From NCBI RefSeq assembly GCF_056712565.1, contig NZ_CM160072.1: DNA of 64,000 bases; one strand, given 5' to 3'. The notes beneath the pieces were generated by a model. That model had not been told where the DNA came from. It ran no database searches and saw nothing but the letters and a program-made list of their open reading frames with translations. The first letter of the stretch is position 1. Each line of letters starts with the position of its first letter. Below, in pieces: positions 18,585 through 31,070 of the stretch. A program made the translations under genes and the position numbers.

Positions 18585-19316
18585 TTATATCAGCCAAATG
18601 AAACTTGCCATACGACCGGTGGTCTTGTCGCGACGATAAGAGAAGAAAGTCTCATTTTCCGTATATGTACAACGGTCGCCGCCGAAAATTTGTTCAACAC
18701 CAACGCTCGCCAGACGCTGCCGGGCAAGCTGATAAATATCCGCCAGATACTTATCACCATGCTGAATGAAAGCTGTACTCGCTTCGGCGTCTACTGCCAT
18801 AAACGCCTCGCGAACCTCCGCCCCCACTTCAAACGCGCGTGGACCAATTGCCGGCCCTAACCAGGCGAGAATATTTTCTGGATTATCAGCAAAACAGGAA
18901 ACTGTCTCTTCCAGCACGCCTGCGCACAGTCCACGCCAGCCAGCATGAGCGGCGGCGACTTCCGTTCCCGCACGATTGCAAAACAGCACGGGCAGGCAGT
19001 CGGCAGTCATCACAGCGCAAACCGTGCCAGGCGTATTGCTATAAGAGGCATCTGCTCGTTTTGAGGCATAAGGTTCGCCAATAAGCTTAAGCACGTCTTT
19101 GCCGTGTACCTGCTCAAGCCAGACCGGTTTAGAAGGCAAATTGCCCGCAGCAAAAAGTCGCTTGCGATTCTCCTCAACGTGATCCGGGTTATCGCCACAA
19201 TGGGCACCGAGGTTGAGCGAGTCATACGGGGGTAAGCTCACGCCGCCGATACGGGTAGAGCTACAGGCCGCAACACCTTTTGGCAGCGGCCACTGCGGGA
19301 CAATCAGCTTACTCAT
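18585..19316 (-). CDS. pgeF: purine nucleoside phosphorylase / polyphenol oxidase family YfiH (PgeF)
   Basis: 243 aa; synteny between clpB and rluD. Confidence 0.85.
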   Translation of the reverse strand: MSKLIVPQWPLPKGVAACSSTRIGGVSLPPYDSLNLGAHCGDNPDHVEENRKRLFAAGNLPSKPVWLEQVHGKDVLKLIGEPYASKRADASYSNTPGTVCAVMTADCLPVLFCNRAGTEVAAAHAGWRGLCAGVLEETVSCFADNPENILAWLGPAIGPRAFEVGAEVREAFMAVDAEASTAFIQHGDKYLADIYQLARQRLASVGVEQIFGGDRCTYTENETFFSYRRDKTTGRMASFIWLI

Positions 19317-20293
19317 AACCAGTCCACTTCATCCTTATGCTCTTCGAAATCGGCGCGCATCACCTCAATCAGCTCCACCATATCTTGTGGAATAGGCGCA
19401 TGCCATTCCATTTCGATACCGGAGATCGGGTGATAAAGACGCAGCATGGTTGCATGAAGCGACTGGCGGTCAAACTTACGCAGCGTGGAGATAAACGCTT
19501 CCGAAGCACCTTTTGGCGGACGCGGACGGCCACCATAAACCGGATCGCCCACCAGCGGATGAGTGATATGGGCCATATGCACGCGGATCTGGTGCGTACG
19601 TCCAGTTTCCAGACGCAACCGCAGACGCGTGTGCACACGGAAGTGTTCCATGATGCGATAGTGAGTGACCGCCGGTTTACCCATCGGATGCACCGCCATG
19701 TGAGTACGTTTGGTCGGGTGGCGGCTGATTGGTTCATCTACTGTACCGCCAGCGGTCATATGACCAATTGCCACCGCTTCATACTCACGAGTAATTTCAC
19801 GCCGTTGCAAAGATTCGACTAAACGCGTCTGAGCCGGAACGGTTTTTGCCACAACCATCAGGCCGGTGGTGTCTTTATCCAGACGATGGACGATGCCCGC
19901 ACGCGGTACATCGGCAATGGGCGGATAGTAATGAAGCAACGCATTCAGTACCGTACCATCCGGGTTACCCGCGCCAGGATGTACCACCAGGTCGCGTGGT
20001 TTATTAATGACGATGATATCTTCATCTTCATAGACGATATCCAGCGGGATATCCTGCGGTTCAAAACGCGCTTCTTCTTCAATCTCAGCGTTGATGGCCA
20101 TCTGCTCGCCACCCAATACTTTTTCTTTCGGCTTATCACAAACTTTGCCGTTAACCAGCACGCGCTGGTCGAGGATCCATTCTTTTATTCGCGAACGTGA
20201 ATAATCCGGGAACATTTCGGCCAAAGCCTGATCTAAGCGTTGACCGAGTTGGTTTTCGGACACCGTTGCAGTGAGCTGTACTCGTTGTGCCAT
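19313..20293 (-). CDS. rluD: 23S rRNA pseudouridine synthase D
   Basis: 326 aa; S4-like N-terminus and RluA-family catalytic motif region (HRLDKDTTGL). Confidence 0.95.
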   Translation of the reverse strand: MAQRVQLTATVSENQLGQRLDQALAEMFPDYSRSRIKEWILDQRVLVNGKVCDKPKEKVLGGEQMAINAEIEEEARFEPQDIPLDIVYEDEDIIVINKPRDLVVHPGAGNPDGTVLNALLHYYPPIADVPRAGIVHRLDKDTTGLMVVAKTVPAQTRLVESLQRREITREYEAVAIGHMTAGGTVDEPISRHPTKRTHMAVHPMGKPAVTHYRIMEHFRVHTRLRLRLETGRTHQIRVHMAHITHPLVGDPVYGGRPRPPKGASEAFISTLRKFDRQSLHATMLRLYHPISGIEMEWHAPIPQDMVELIEVMRADFEEHKDEVDWL

Positions 20294-20427
20294 ATATACT
20301 GCTTCTTCGTTTATCGTTGGGGTTTTACGGCTTTGCCGTTTAATATAGTGTGCTATTGTAGCTGGTCTTAACCGGGAGCAGGAACAGAGAATCTCCCGTA
20401 TTACATTTTGAGGAAAGTCAAAACGTC

Positions 20428-21165
20428 ATGACGCGCATGAAATATCTGGTGGCAGCCGCCACACTAAGCCTGTTTTTGGCGGGTTGCTCGGGGTCAAAGG
20501 AAGAAGTACCTGATAATCCGCCAAATGAAATTTACGCGACTGCACAACAAAAGCTGCAGGACGGTAACTGGAGACAGGCAATAACGCAACTGGAAGCGTT
20601 AGATAATCGCTATCCGTTTGGTCCGTATTCGCAGCAGGTGCAGCTGGATCTCATCTACGCCTACTATAAAAACGCCGATTTGCCGTTAGCACAGGCTGCC
20701 ATCGATCGTTTTATTCGCCTTAACCCGACCCATCCGAATATCGATTATGTCATGTACATGCGTGGCCTGACCAATATGGCGCTGGATGACAGTGCGCTGC
20801 AAGGGTTCTTTGGCGTTGACCGTAGCGATCGCGATCCTCAACATGCACGAGCTGCGTTTAGTGACTTTTCCAAACTGGTGCGCGGCTATCCGAACAGTCA
20901 GTACACCACCGATGCCACCAAACGTCTGGTATTCCTGAAAGATCGTCTGGCGAAATATGAATACTCCGTTGCCGAGTATTATACAGAACGTGGTGCATGG
21001 GTTGCTGTCGTTAACCGCGTAGAAGGCATGTTGCGCGACTATCCGGATACCCAGGCTACGCGTGATGCGCTGCCGCTGATGGAAAATGCATACCGTCAGA
21101 TGCAGATGAATGCGCAAGCTGAAAAAGTAGCGAAAATCATCGCCGCAAACAGCAGCAATACATAA
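20428..21165 (+). CDS. bamD: outer-membrane assembly lipoprotein BamD
   Basis: 245 aa; lipobox LFLAGC; TPR-like repeats. Confidence 0.95.
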
Positions 21166-21201
21166 CAGAAACCTGAAACACAAAACGGCAGCCTTGAGCT
21201 G

Positions 21202-22627
21202 TAATGCCGATCAGTTAAGGATCAGTTGACCGATCCAGTGGCTGTGTAAGAATCCGGAAACGCTCACTTGTTTCCGGATTTTTTTATGCACATTGGACAG
21301 GCTCTTGATCTGGTATCCCGTTACGATTCTCTGCGTAACCCACTGACTTCTCTGGGGGATTACCTCGACCCCGAACTCATCTCTCGTTGCCTTGCCGAAT
21401 CAGGTACTGTAACGCTACGCAAGCGCCGTCTTCCCCTCGAAATGATGGTCTGGTGTATTGTTGGCATGGCGCTTGAGCGTAAAGAACCTCTTCACCAGAT
21501 TGTGAATCGCCTGGACATCATGCTGCCGGGCAATCGCCCCTTCGTTGCCCCCAGTGCCGTTATTCAGGCCCGCCAGCGCCTGGGAAGTGAGGCTGTCCGC
21601 CGCGTGTTCACGAAAACAGCGCAGCTCTGGCATAACGCCACGCCGCATCCGCACTGGTGCGGCCTGACCCTGCTGGCCATCGATGGTGTGTTCTGGCGCA
21701 CACCGGATACACCAGAGAACGATGCAGCCTTCCCCCGCCAGACACATGCCGGGAACCCGGCGCTCTACCCGCAGGTCAAAATGGTCTGCCAGATGGAACT
21801 GACCAGCCATCTGCTGACGGCTGCAGCCTTCGGCACGATGAAGAACAGCGAAAATGAGCTTGCTGAGCAACTTATAGAACAAACCGGCGATAACACTCTG
21901 ACGTTAATGGATAAAGGTTATTACTCACTGGGACTGTTAAATGCCTGGAGCCTGGCGGGAGAACACCGCCACTGGATGATACCTCTCAGAAAGGGAGCGC
22001 AATATGAAGAGATCAGAAAACTGGGTAAAGGCGATCATCTGGTGAAGCTGAAAACCAGCCCGCAGGCACGAAAAAAGTGGCCGGGACTGGGAAATGAAGT
22101 GACTGCCCGCCTGCTGACCGTGACGCGCAAAGGAAAAGTCTGCCATCTGCTGACGTCGATGACGGACGCCATGCGCTTCCCCGGAGGAGAAATGGGGGAT
22201 CTGTACAGTCATCGCTGGGAAATCGAACTGGGATACAGGGAGATAAAACAGACGATGCAACGGAGCAGGCTGACGCTGAGAAGTAAAAAGCCGGAGCTTG
22301 TGGAGCAAGAGCTGTGGGGTGTCTTACTGGCTTATAATCTGGTGAGATATCAGATGATTAAAATGGCGGAACATCTGAAAGGTTACTGGCCGAATCAACT
22401 GAGTTTCTCAGAATCATGCGGAATGGTGATGAGAATGCTGATAACATTGCAGGGCGCTTCACCGGGACGTATACCGGAGCTGATGCGCGATCTTGCAAGT
22501 ATGGGACAACTTGTGAAATTACCGACAAGAAGGGAAAGGGCCTTCCCGAGAGTGGTAAAGGAGAGGCCCTGGAAATACCCCACAGCCCCGAAAAAGAGCC
22601 AGTCAGTTGCTTAACTGACTGGCATTA
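21202..22627 (+). mobile_element. IS4 insertion sequence (1426 bp) with 13-bp target-site duplication
   Basis: Terminal inverted repeats TAATGCCGATCAGTTAAG / CTTAACTGACTGGCATTA; direct repeat CAGCCTTGAGCTG at 21189-21201 and 22628-22640; inserted inside the hairpin AAAACGGCAGC...GCTGCCGTTTT. Confidence 0.9.
21286..22614 (+). CDS. insG: IS4 transposase
   Basis: ORF 21268..22614; start placed at [16 protein letters not shown]... (442 aa). Confidence 0.85.
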   Translation: MHIGQALDLVSRYDSLRNPLTSLGDYLDPELISRCLAESGTVTLRKRRLPLEMMVWCIVGMALERKEPLHQIVNRLDIMLPGNRPFVAPSAVIQARQRLGSEAVRRVFTKTAQLWHNATPHPHWCGLTLLAIDGVFWRTPDTPENDAAFPRQTHAGNPALYPQVKMVCQMELTSHLLTAAAFGTMKNSENELAEQLIEQTGDNTLTLMDKGYYSLGLLNAWSLAGEHRHWMIPLRKGAQYEEIRKLGKGDHLVKLKTSPQARKKWPGLGNEVTARLLTVTRKGKVCHLLTSMTDAMRFPGGEMGDLYSHRWEIELGYREIKQTMQRSRLTLRSKKPELVEQELWGVLLAYNLVRYQMIKMAEHLKGYWPNQLSFSESCGMVMRMLITLQGASPGRIPELMRDLASMGQLVKLPTRRERAFPRVVKERPWKYPTAPKKSQSVA

Positions 22628-22819
22628 CAGCCTTGAGCTGCCGTTTTTTTATTCTGTTAGTTGTGAAACTGAAGCGATTTAGTCACTATCGATCTCATCA
22701 AATATGGCTCGCTTTGAGATATTCCTCAAGTAAAAAAACACCTCTTCCTGCGATTTCTCACAAAAAAGATTCGTTGACAAAAAGTGACAAAATTATGAGA
22801 TTTCCATCACACATTTTGA

Positions 22820-23215
<396 letters not shown>

Positions 23216-23318
23216 TCCTTTATATTGAGTGTATCGCCAACGCGCCTTCGGGCGCGTTTTTTGTTGACAGCGTGAAAACAGTACGGGTACTGTACTAAAG
23301 TCACTTAAGGAAACAAAC

Positions 23319-23366
23319 ATGAAACACACACCGTTTTTCTTCGCATTCTTTTTTACCTTCCCCTGA
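23319..23366 (+). CDS. pheL: pheA leader peptide
   Basis: 15-codon ORF MKH(T)PFFFAFFFTFP with seven Phe codons immediately upstream of the attenuator. Confidence 0.9.
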   Translation: MKHTPFFFAFFFTFP

Positions 23367-23413
23367 ATGGGAGGCGTTTCGTCGTGTGAAACAGAATGCG
23401 AAGACGAACAATA

Positions 23414-23442
23414 AGGCCTCCCAAATCGGGGGGCCTTTTTTA
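23414..23442 (+). terminator. pheA attenuator terminator
   Basis: AGGCCTCCC-AAATC-GGGGGGCCT hairpin followed by TTTTTTATT. Confidence 0.85.
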
Positions 23443-23464
23443 TTGATAACAAAAAGGCAACACT

Positions 23465-24625
23465 ATGACATCGGAAAACCCGTTACTGGCGCTGCGAGAG
23501 AAAATCAGCGCGCTGGATGAAAAATTATTAGCATTACTGGCAGAGCGACGCGAACTGGCCGTCGAGGTGGGAAAAGCCAAACTGCTCTCGCATCGCCCGG
23601 TACGTGATATTGATCGTGAACGCGATTTGCTGGAAAGATTAATTACGCTCGGTAAAGCGCACCATCTGGACGCCCATTACATTACTCGCCTGTTCCAGCT
23701 CATCATTGAAGATTCCGTATTAACTCAGCAGGCTTTGCTCCAGCAACATCTCAATAAAATTAATCCGCACTCAGCACGCATCGCTTTTCTCGGCCCCAAA
23801 GGTTCTTATTCCCATCTTGCGGCGCGCCAGTATGCTGCCCGTCACTTTGAGCAATTCATTGAAAGTGGCTGCGCCAAATTTGCCGATATTTTTAATCAGG
23901 TGGAAACCGGCCAGGCCGACTATGCCGTCGTACCGATTGAAAATACCAGCTCCGGTGCCATAAACGACGTTTACGATCTGCTGCAACATACCAGTTTGTC
24001 GATTGTTGGCGAGATGACGTTAACTATCGATCATTGTTTGTTGGTCTCCGGCACTACTGATTTATCCGCCATCAATACGGTCTACAGCCATCCGCAGCCA
24101 TTCCAGCAATGCAGCAAATTCCTTAATCGTTATCCGCACTGGAAGATTGAATATACCGAAAGTACGTCTGCGGCAATGGAAAAGGTTGCACAGGCAAAAT
24201 CACCGCATGTTGCTGCGTTGGGAAGCGAAGCTGGCGGCACTTTGTACGGTTTGCAGGTACTGGAGCGTATTGAAGCGAATCAGCGACAAAACTTCACCCG
24301 ATTTGTGGTGTTGGCACGTAAAGCCATTAACGTTTCTGACCAGGTTCCGGCGAAAACGACGTTGTTAATGGCGACCGGACAACAAGCTGGTGCACTGGTT
24401 GAAGCGTTGCTGGTACTGCGCAATCACAGTCTGATTATGACCCGTCTGGAATCACGTCCGATTCACGGTAATCCGTGGGAAGAGATGTTTTATCTGGATA
24501 TTCAGGCCAATCTTGAATCAGCGGAAATGCAAAAAGCATTGAAAGAGTTAGGGGAAATCACCCGTTCGATGAAGGTATTGGGCTGTTACCCAAGTGAGAA
24601 CGTAGTGCCTGTTGATCCAACCTGA
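23465..24625 (+). CDS. pheA: chorismate mutase / prephenate dehydratase
   Basis: 386 aa; N-terminal chorismate mutase, C-terminal ACT-like region. Confidence 0.95.
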   Translation: MTSENPLLALREKISALDEKLLALLAERRELAVEVGKAKLLSHRPVRDIDRERDLLERLITLGKAHHLDAHYITRLFQLIIEDSVLTQQALLQQHLNKINPHSARIAFLGPKGSYSHLAARQYAARHFEQFIESGCAKFADIFNQVETGQADYAVVPIENTSSGAINDVYDLLQHTSLSIVGEMTLTIDHCLLVSGTTDLSAINTVYSHPQPFQQCSKFLNRYPHWKIEYTESTSAAMEKVAQAKSPHVAALGSEAGGTLYGLQVLERIEANQRQNFTRFVVLARKAINVSDQVPAKTTLLMATGQQAGALVEALLVLRNHSLIMTRLESRPIHGNPWEEMFYLDIQANLESAEMQKALKELGEITRSMKVLGCYPSENVVPVDPT

Positions 24626-24667
24626 TGAAAAAGTGCCGGATGATGTGAATCATCCGGCACTGGATTA

Positions 24668-25789
24668 TTACTGGCGATTGTCATTCGCCTGACGCAATAA
24701 CACGCGGCTTTCACTCTGAAAACGCTGTGCGTAATCGCCGAACCAGTGCTCCACCTTGCGGAAACTGTCAATAAACGCCTGCTTATCGCCCTGCTCCAGC
24801 AGCTCAATCGCCTCGCCGAAACGCTTATAGTAACGTTTGATTAACGCCAGATTACGCTCTGACGACATAATAATGTCGGCATAAAGCTGCGGATCCTGAG
24901 CAAACAGTCGCCCGACCATCGCCAGCTCAAGGCGGTAAATCGGCGAAGAGAGCGCCAGTAGTTGCTCAAGCTGAACATTTTCTTCTGCCAGGTGCAGCCC
25001 ATAAGCAAAAGTAGCAAAGTGGCGCAGAGCCTGAATAAACGCCATATTCTGATCGTGCTCGACAGCGCTAATACGATGCAACCGAGCGCCCCAGACCTGA
25101 ATTTGCTCCAGAAACCATTGGTATGCTTCCGGCTTACGTCCATCACACCAGACCACAACTTGCTTTGCCAGGCTACCGCTGTCCGGGCCGAACATCGGGT
25201 GTAACCCCAGCACCGGGCCATCGTGCGCCGCCAGCATGGCCTGTAATGGTCCATTTTTCACCGATGCCAGATCAACCAGAATACAATCTTTCGGTAAAGG
25301 CGGTAATTTGCCGATAACTTGCTCAGTAACGTGGATGGGCACACTAACAATCACCATTCCGGCATCGGAAACAATATCAGCCGCTCGATCCCAGTCATGT
25401 TGCTCCAGAATCCGCACCTGATAACCCGAGAGTGTCAGCATCTTCTCGAACAGACGTCCCATCTGACCGCCACCACCGACGATAACCACCGGGCGCAGTG
25501 ACGGACAAAGCGTTTTAAATCCTTTGTCGTTTTCACTGGAGTAAGATTCACGCATCACCCGACGCAAAACATCCTCAATCAGATCTGGCGGTACACCCAG
25601 AGCTTCCGCCTCTGCACGACGCGAGGCCAACATAGATGCCTCGCGCTCCGGAACATAAATAGGCAGTCCAAAGCGGCTTTTCACCTCGCCCACTTCAGCA
25701 ACCAGTTCCAGACGCTTCGCTAATAAATTCAGCAGCGCTTTATCGACTTCATCAATTTGATCGCGTAATGCGGTCAATTCAGCAACCAT
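24668..25789 (-). CDS. tyrA: chorismate mutase / prephenate dehydrogenase
   Basis: 373 aa; [20 protein letters not shown]...; Rossmann GGGGQMG. Confidence 0.95.
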   Translation of the reverse strand: MVAELTALRDQIDEVDKALLNLLAKRLELVAEVGEVKSRFGLPIYVPEREASMLASRRAEAEALGVPPDLIEDVLRRVMRESYSSENDKGFKTLCPSLRPVVIVGGGGQMGRLFEKMLTLSGYQVRILEQHDWDRAADIVSDAGMVIVSVPIHVTEQVIGKLPPLPKDCILVDLASVKNGPLQAMLAAHDGPVLGLHPMFGPDSGSLAKQVVVWCDGRKPEAYQWFLEQIQVWGARLHRISAVEHDQNMAFIQALRHFATFAYGLHLAEENVQLEQLLALSSPIYRLELAMVGRLFAQDPQLYADIIMSSERNLALIKRYYKRFGEAIELLEQGDKQAFIDSFRKVEHWFGDYAQRFQSESRVLLRQANDNRQ

Positions 25790-25799
25790 AATAAACCTC

Positions 25800-26870
25800 T
25801 TAAGCCACGCGAGCCGTCAGCTGCCCGTTCAGATCCTGATGAATTTCACGCAGCAAGGCATCGGTCATTTCCCAGCTAATGCAGGCATCGGTTACGGATA
25901 CACCGTATTTCATTTCACTGCGCGGTTGCTCGGAAGACTGATTGCCCTCGTGGATATTACTTTCGATCATCAGACCAATAATTGAGCGATTGCCATCTTT
26001 GATTTGAGCAACCACGGATTCTGCCACCGCAGGCTGACGGCGATAATCTTTATTGGAATTACCGTGGCTGCAATCTACCATCAGAGACGGGCGCAGTCCC
26101 GCCTGTTCCATCTCTTTTTCACATTGCGCAACATCCGCAGGGCTATAGTTTGGCGCTTTACCACCGCGCAGGATCACATGCCCGTCCGGATTCCCCTGAG
26201 TTTGTAGCAACGCAACCTGCCCTGCCTGGTTAATGCCAACAAAACGGTGCGGCTGGGCGGCGGCACGCATAGCGTTAATTGCCGTTGCCAGACTGCCATC
26301 GGTGCCGTTTTTAAAACCAACCGGCATGGAAAGCCCGGAGGCCATTTCACGGTGAGTTTGCGATTCCGTTGTACGAGCACCAATTGCTGACCAGCTAAAC
26401 AGATCGCCCAGGTATTGCGGGCTATTCGGATCTAACGCTTCCGTCGCCAGTGGCAGTCCCATATTCACCAGCTCAAGCAGCAATTTACGCGCGATCTGCA
26501 GCCCGGCTTCTACATCAAAAGAGCCATCCATATGGGGATCGTTAATTAACCCTTTCCAGCCGACAGTGGTACGGGGTTTTTCAAAATAGACGCGCATTAC
26601 CAGATAGAGGCTATCGCTGACCTCTGCGGCAAGGGCTTTAAATCGACGAGCATATTCCAGAGCAGTTTCCGGATCATGAATGGAACAAGGACCACATACT
26701 ACCAGCAGACGAGGATCGCGCCCGGCGATAATATCTGAAATGGTTTTACGCGAGTCAGCAATCTGGGCTTCTTGTTGCAGGCTTAATGGAAAAGCGGCCT
26801 TCAGTTGTTCCGGAGTCATTAAAACCTGTTCGGCGGTAATATGTACGTTATTCAGCGCGTCTTTCTGCAT
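25800..26870 (-). CDS. aroF: DAHP synthase, Tyr-sensitive
   Basis: ORF 25800..26939; start trimmed to [12 protein letters not shown]... (356 aa). Confidence 0.9.
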   Translation of the reverse strand: MQKDALNNVHITAEQVLMTPEQLKAAFPLSLQQEAQIADSRKTISDIIAGRDPRLLVVCGPCSIHDPETALEYARRFKALAAEVSDSLYLVMRVYFEKPRTTVGWKGLINDPHMDGSFDVEAGLQIARKLLLELVNMGLPLATEALDPNSPQYLGDLFSWSAIGARTTESQTHREMASGLSMPVGFKNGTDGSLATAINAMRAAAQPHRFVGINQAGQVALLQTQGNPDGHVILRGGKAPNYSPADVAQCEKEMEQAGLRPSLMVDCSHGNSNKDYRRQPAVAESVVAQIKDGNRSIIGLMIESNIHEGNQSSEQPRSEMKYGVSVTDACISWEMTDALLREIHQDLNGQLTARVA

Positions 26871-26989
26871 GATGGCGATCCTGTTTATGCTCGTTTGCGA
26901 TAGTTGATCCTCAGCGAGGATGACGTAACGATAACACATAAAGTAAAGTTTTCAATCCATATTTCGTACACATTTCTTTACATAAGCAA

Positions 26990-27040
26990 TTTATTCGCGC
27001 TTTTTCCCCTTATTTCTGTATAAATAAATTTACACCAGCT
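26990..27040 (-). promoter_or_regulatory. aroF promoter region with TyrR box
   Basis: Minus-strand TGTAAATTTATTTATACA matches the TyrR box pattern TGTAAA-N6-TTTACA. Confidence 0.55.
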
Positions 27041-27079
27041 TTAAAAACAATCCGCTATGCTTTGAAAAAGGAGAAAGAA

Positions 27080-27445
27080 ATGATGAAAAAATTTATCGCC
27101 CCCTTGTTGGCTTTACTGGTTAGCGGATGTCAGATTGATCCTTATACTCACGCGCCAACCTTGACCAGCACCGACTGGTATGATGTTGGTATGGAAGATG
27201 CGATATCGGGCAGCGCCATTAAAGATGACGATGCATTTAGCGATTCACAGGCGGATCGCGGTCTATACCTTAAAGGATATGCCGAAGGGCAAAAGAAAAC
27301 TTGCCAGACCGATTTTACTTATGCCCGGGGACTTTCTGGTAAAAGCTTTCCTGCCAGCTGCAATAATGTTGAAAATGCCAGCCAACTGCATGAAGTATGG
27401 CGAAAAGGGGCTGATGAAAATGCCAGCACAATACGATTAAATTAA
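27080..27445 (+). CDS. yfiL: lipoprotein YfiL
   Basis: Start at MMKKFIAPLLALLVSGC (lipobox). Confidence 0.7.
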   Translation: MMKKFIAPLLALLVSGCQIDPYTHAPTLTSTDWYDVGMEDAISGSAIKDDDAFSDSQADRGLYLKGYAEGQKKTCQTDFTYARGLSGKSFPASCNNVENASQLHEVWRKGADENASTIRLN

Positions 27446-27593
27446 TTACCCCCCCAAAATCAATTAAGCATGAGATTTTACTCATTATGTTTTATTTTTC
27501 ACATTGATGACGACCGCATGAAAGGATGATATTTTAATGAGCATTCTGAAAAAATATCGATGCATTTCGAGCGAAGATGGTGAGGATCCCTGA

Positions 27594-28112
27594 ATGCGTT
27601 TTTCTCACCGACTGTTCTTACTGCTGATTCTCCTGCTGACGGGAGCACCAATACTCGCTCAGGAACCTTCTGACGTTGCGAAAAACGTGCGTATGATGGT
27701 TTCCGGTATTGTCAGTTACACCCGCTGGCCTGGGCTATCAGGGCCACCAAAGTTATGTATCTTTTCATCTTCACGTTTTAGTACCGCCTTACAAGAAAAT
27801 GCTGCTACATCTTTGCCTTATCTGCCTGTCATCATTCATACTCAACAAGAGGCGATAATTTCAGGCTGCAATGGTTTTTATTTTGGCAACGAGTCACCGA
27901 CATTCCAGATGGAATTAACCGAACAATATCCGTCAAAGGCGTTATTATTAATTGCCGAACAAAATACCGAGTGCATTATTGGTAGCGCCTTTTGTCTGAT
28001 CATCCACAATAATGACGTCAGATTTGCCGTAAACCTGGATGCTTTATCTCGTAGCGGTGTAAAAGTCAACCCGGATGTCTTAATGCTCGCACGGAAGAAA
28101 AATGATGGATAA
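27594..28112 (+). CDS. yfiR: periplasmic repressor of DgcN, YfiR
   Basis: 172 aa with signal peptide; operon with yfiN-yfiB. Confidence 0.9.
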   Translation: MRFSHRLFLLLILLLTGAPILAQEPSDVAKNVRMMVSGIVSYTRWPGLSGPPKLCIFSSSRFSTALQENAATSLPYLPVIIHTQQEAIISGCNGFYFGNESPTFQMELTEQYPSKALLLIAEQNTECIIGSAFCLIIHNNDVRFAVNLDALSRSGVKVNPDVLMLARKKNDG

Positions 28113-29328
28113 CGATAATTCTCTTAATAAGCGCCCCACGTTTAAAAGAGCATTACGCAACATCAGTATGACCAGCATATTTATCACTATGATGCTGATC
28201 TGGCTGCTGCTTTCCGTGACGTCAGTGCTGACCCTGAAACAGTACGCGCAAAAAAACCTGGCACTGACAGCAGCAACAATGACTTACAGTCTGGAAGCAG
28301 CTGTCGTTTTTGCCGATGGCCCTGCAGCAACTGAAACACTGGCAGCGCTGGGCCAGCAAGGCCAATTTTCAACTGCAGAAGTGCGTGATAAGCAGCAAAA
28401 TATTCTGGCATCCTGGCATTACACCCATAAGGAACCAGGCGATACTTTCAGCAATTTCATAAGCCACTGGCTCTTCCCTGCCCCCATCATTCAGCCGATT
28501 CGCCACAATGGTGAAACTATTGGCGAAGTACGCTTAACTGCTCGCGACAGTTCAATCAGCCATTTTATCTGGTTTTCGCTCGCTGTCCTGACCGGTTGTA
28601 TTCTGCTGGCATCAGGCATCGCAATTACCCTCACCCGCCATTTGCACAATGGCCTGGTGGAAGCGCTGAAAAATATCACCGATGTCGTACATGATGTGCG
28701 TTCTAACCGCAATTTTTCCCGACGAGTTTCGGAAGAACGTATCGCTGAGTTTCACCGCTTCGCTCTCGACTTCAACAGTCTGCTGGATGAAATGGAAGAG
28801 TGGCAGCTTCGTTTACAGGCCAAAAATGCGCAGCTTCTACGTACCGCGCTACATGACCCATTAACCGGGCTGGCTAACCGCGCAGCGTTTCGTAGCGGCA
28901 TCAACACGTTGATGAACAATTCCGATGCCCGAAAAACGTCGGCGTTACTATTTCTTGATGGCGATAATTTCAAATATATCAATGATACCTGGGGTCATGC
29001 GACGGGCGATAGAGTCTTGATTGAAATAGCAAAACGGTTAGCTGAATTTGGCGGGCTGCGACATAAAGCATACCGCCTGGGCGGCGATGAATTCGCTATG
29101 GTGCTCTATGATGTACAGTCGGAATCTGAAGTGCAGCAGATATGCTCAGCACTGACACAAATTTTTAATCTCCCGTTTGATCTTCATAATGGCCATCAAA
29201 CTACCATGACATTAAGCATTGGTTACGCGATGACTATTGAGCACGCCTCTGCGGAAAATTTACAAGAGCTTGCCGATCACAATATGTATCAGGCCAAACA
29301 CCAGCGTGCCGAAAAGCTGGTGAGATAA
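28102..29328 (+). CDS. dgcN: diguanylate cyclase DgcN (YfiN)
   Basis: 408 aa; TM-HAMP-GGDEF architecture (RLGGDEF present). Confidence 0.9.
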   Translation: MMDNDNSLNKRPTFKRALRNISMTSIFITMMLIWLLLSVTSVLTLKQYAQKNLALTAATMTYSLEAAVVFADGPAATETLAALGQQGQFSTAEVRDKQQNILASWHYTHKEPGDTFSNFISHWLFPAPIIQPIRHNGETIGEVRLTARDSSISHFIWFSLAVLTGCILLASGIAITLTRHLHNGLVEALKNITDVVHDVRSNRNFSRRVSEERIAEFHRFALDFNSLLDEMEEWQLRLQAKNAQLLRTALHDPLTGLANRAAFRSGINTLMNNSDARKTSALLFLDGDNFKYINDTWGHATGDRVLIEIAKRLAEFGGLRHKAYRLGGDEFAMVLYDVQSESEVQQICSALTQIFNLPFDLHNGHQTTMTLSIGYAMTIEHASAENLQELADHNMYQAKHQRAEKLVR

Positions 29329-29343
29329 CAAGGATATATCGAT

Positions 29344-29826
29344 ATGATAAAGCACCTGCTAGCACCCCTGATTTTCACCTCGCTAATACTTACTGGCTGC
29401 CAGTCCCCTCAGGGAAAGTTTACTCCTGAGCAAGTCGCCGCTATGCAATCTTATGGATTTACTGAATCCGCCGGCGACTGGTCGCTGGGCTTATCAGATG
29501 CCATTCTGTTTGCAAAAAATGACTACAAATTGCTCCCGGAAAGCCAGCAACAGATCCAAACCATGGCAGCCAAATTGGCCTCGACAGGGCTAACACATGC
29601 CCGTATGGATGGACACACCGACAACTATGGTGAAGACAGTTACAACGAAGTCTTATCATTGAAACGGGCGAATGTCGTGGCCGATGCATGGGCTATGGGT
29701 GGACAAATTCCGCGCAGCAATCTCACCACACAGGGTTTAGGAAAAAAATATCCCATAGCCAGTAACAAGACCGCCCAGGGCCGCGCCGAGAACCGCCGCG
29801 TCGCAGTGGTGATTACAACCCCTTAA
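29344..29826 (+). CDS. yfiB: OmpA-family lipoprotein YfiB
   Basis: 160 aa; lipobox LTGC; OmpA-like C-terminus. Confidence 0.9.
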   Translation: MIKHLLAPLIFTSLILTGCQSPQGKFTPEQVAAMQSYGFTESAGDWSLGLSDAILFAKNDYKLLPESQQQIQTMAAKLASTGLTHARMDGHTDNYGEDSYNEVLSLKRANVVADAWAMGGQIPRSNLTTQGLGKKYPIASNKTAQGRAENRRVAVVITTP

Positions 29827-29850
29827 AACACGAGCAAACAGACAAAAAAA

Positions 29851-29872
29851 GGGCCAGCCAATTGGCCAGCCC
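29851..29872. terminator. hairpin downstream of yfiB
   Basis: GGGCCAGCC-AATT-GGCCAGCCC perfect palindrome with flanking A/T runs. Confidence 0.6.
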
Positions 29873-29904
29873 TTCTTAACAGGATGTCGCTTAAGCGAAA
29901 TCTT

Positions 29905-29917
29905 AGTTAAGACGCTC
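29905..29917. repeat. attL core
   Basis: Identical 13-mer at 61266-61278; flanking bases partially similar. Confidence 0.7.
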
Positions 29918-29998
29918 CTATTAACACCCCGCAACAAACAAACGCTTACCATATAAAACAATTAGTTAAAGTAATTTTTAATGCAATGAATTGCAGTG

Positions 29999-31048
29999 TT
30001 ATGCAACCTCTGCCGCCATATTGTCGCCAACATACAGCGATAACGGATTAAGGGTTACAGCTTGTTCAAGGTGGTCAGGAGCAAAGTGTGCATACTTCAT
30101 TGTTTCTCGAATATTGGCATGCCCGAGAATTTTCTGCAGTACCAGTATATTCCCGCCGTTCATCATAAAATGCGCACCAAAAGTATGACGCAAAACGTGC
30201 GTCTTCTGCCCTTCCGTCAATTCAATATTCGTTAGTTTGAGCATCTTCTTAAACTCCTGATAGCAGGGTTTAAACATTCTGCCTTGACGTACGGACAACT
30301 CGTCGTACAGCCATTTAGGAATAGGAACTGTGCGATTCTTCTTACCTTTGGTTTTGGTGAACGTCAGTTTATATGGAGAAAGTTGAGGGCGGGTCAATCT
30401 CTCCGCTTCCCCCCATCGAGCGCCGGTTGCAAGGCACACCTTAACAATCATGGTGAGGTCTTCTTTGCCGTATTGCTCGCAGGCTCGAAACAGCTCCGGG
30501 AGCTGAGACAAAGTTAGCCAGGACATTTCTTTCTCAGCCTCTTTGAATACTCGGATCCCATCAAGTGGATTGGGTAGGCTCCACTCCCCTAACCGGCGGA
30601 GCTCATTAAACACTGCTTCTAGGTATTGTTGTTCGCGATTGACGGTTATAGGTTTGGCGATCCATTTCGAGGGGTCTTTATGATAACCGTTGTCTATTTC
30701 ACCACGTAATCGACGGTCACGATAATGAGCCCAGTCTTTCGCGGTAAGGCGAGATGCAATCGGGTCACCAAGCCCATTACATACGATTTGAAGCTTTGCT
30801 AACCTCGACTTACTGGCGACTAACGCTTGACCGTGCAAATTGTGCCAAAGCTGAATAATCTCGCTTAAGCGTCGGCGGTCTTCTTTCTTGCCAAGCCACG
30901 GCTTATCTTCACTCTCGCTTTTGGTAAATGCTTCGAATGCCTCGGCCTCACCTTTGGTATTGAATTGCCGACGTATACGCCGCCCTTCTCGACCATTTGG
31001 ATAGAGCTCGCATAACCATTTGCCATTTTTTTGCTTACTTACAGTCAT
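29999..31048 (-). CDS. int: phage integrase (tyrosine recombinase, 186/P2 Int family)
   Basis: 349 aa; MTVSKQKNGKWLCELYPNG...; catalytic region HVLRHTF...LGHANIRETMKYAHF. Confidence 0.9.
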   Translation of the reverse strand: MTVSKQKNGKWLCELYPNGREGRRIRRQFNTKGEAEAFEAFTKSESEDKPWLGKKEDRRRLSEIIQLWHNLHGQALVASKSRLAKLQIVCNGLGDPIASRLTAKDWAHYRDRRLRGEIDNGYHKDPSKWIAKPITVNREQQYLEAVFNELRRLGEWSLPNPLDGIRVFKEAEKEMSWLTLSQLPELFRACEQYGKEDLTMIVKVCLATGARWGEAERLTRPQLSPYKLTFTKTKGKKNRTVPIPKWLYDELSVRQGRMFKPCYQEFKKMLKLTNIELTEGQKTHVLRHTFGAHFMMNGGNILVLQKILGHANIRETMKYAHFAPDHLEQAVTLNPLSLYVGDNMAAEVA

Positions 31049-31070
31049 AATGTCACCGAGGCAACTCTAA

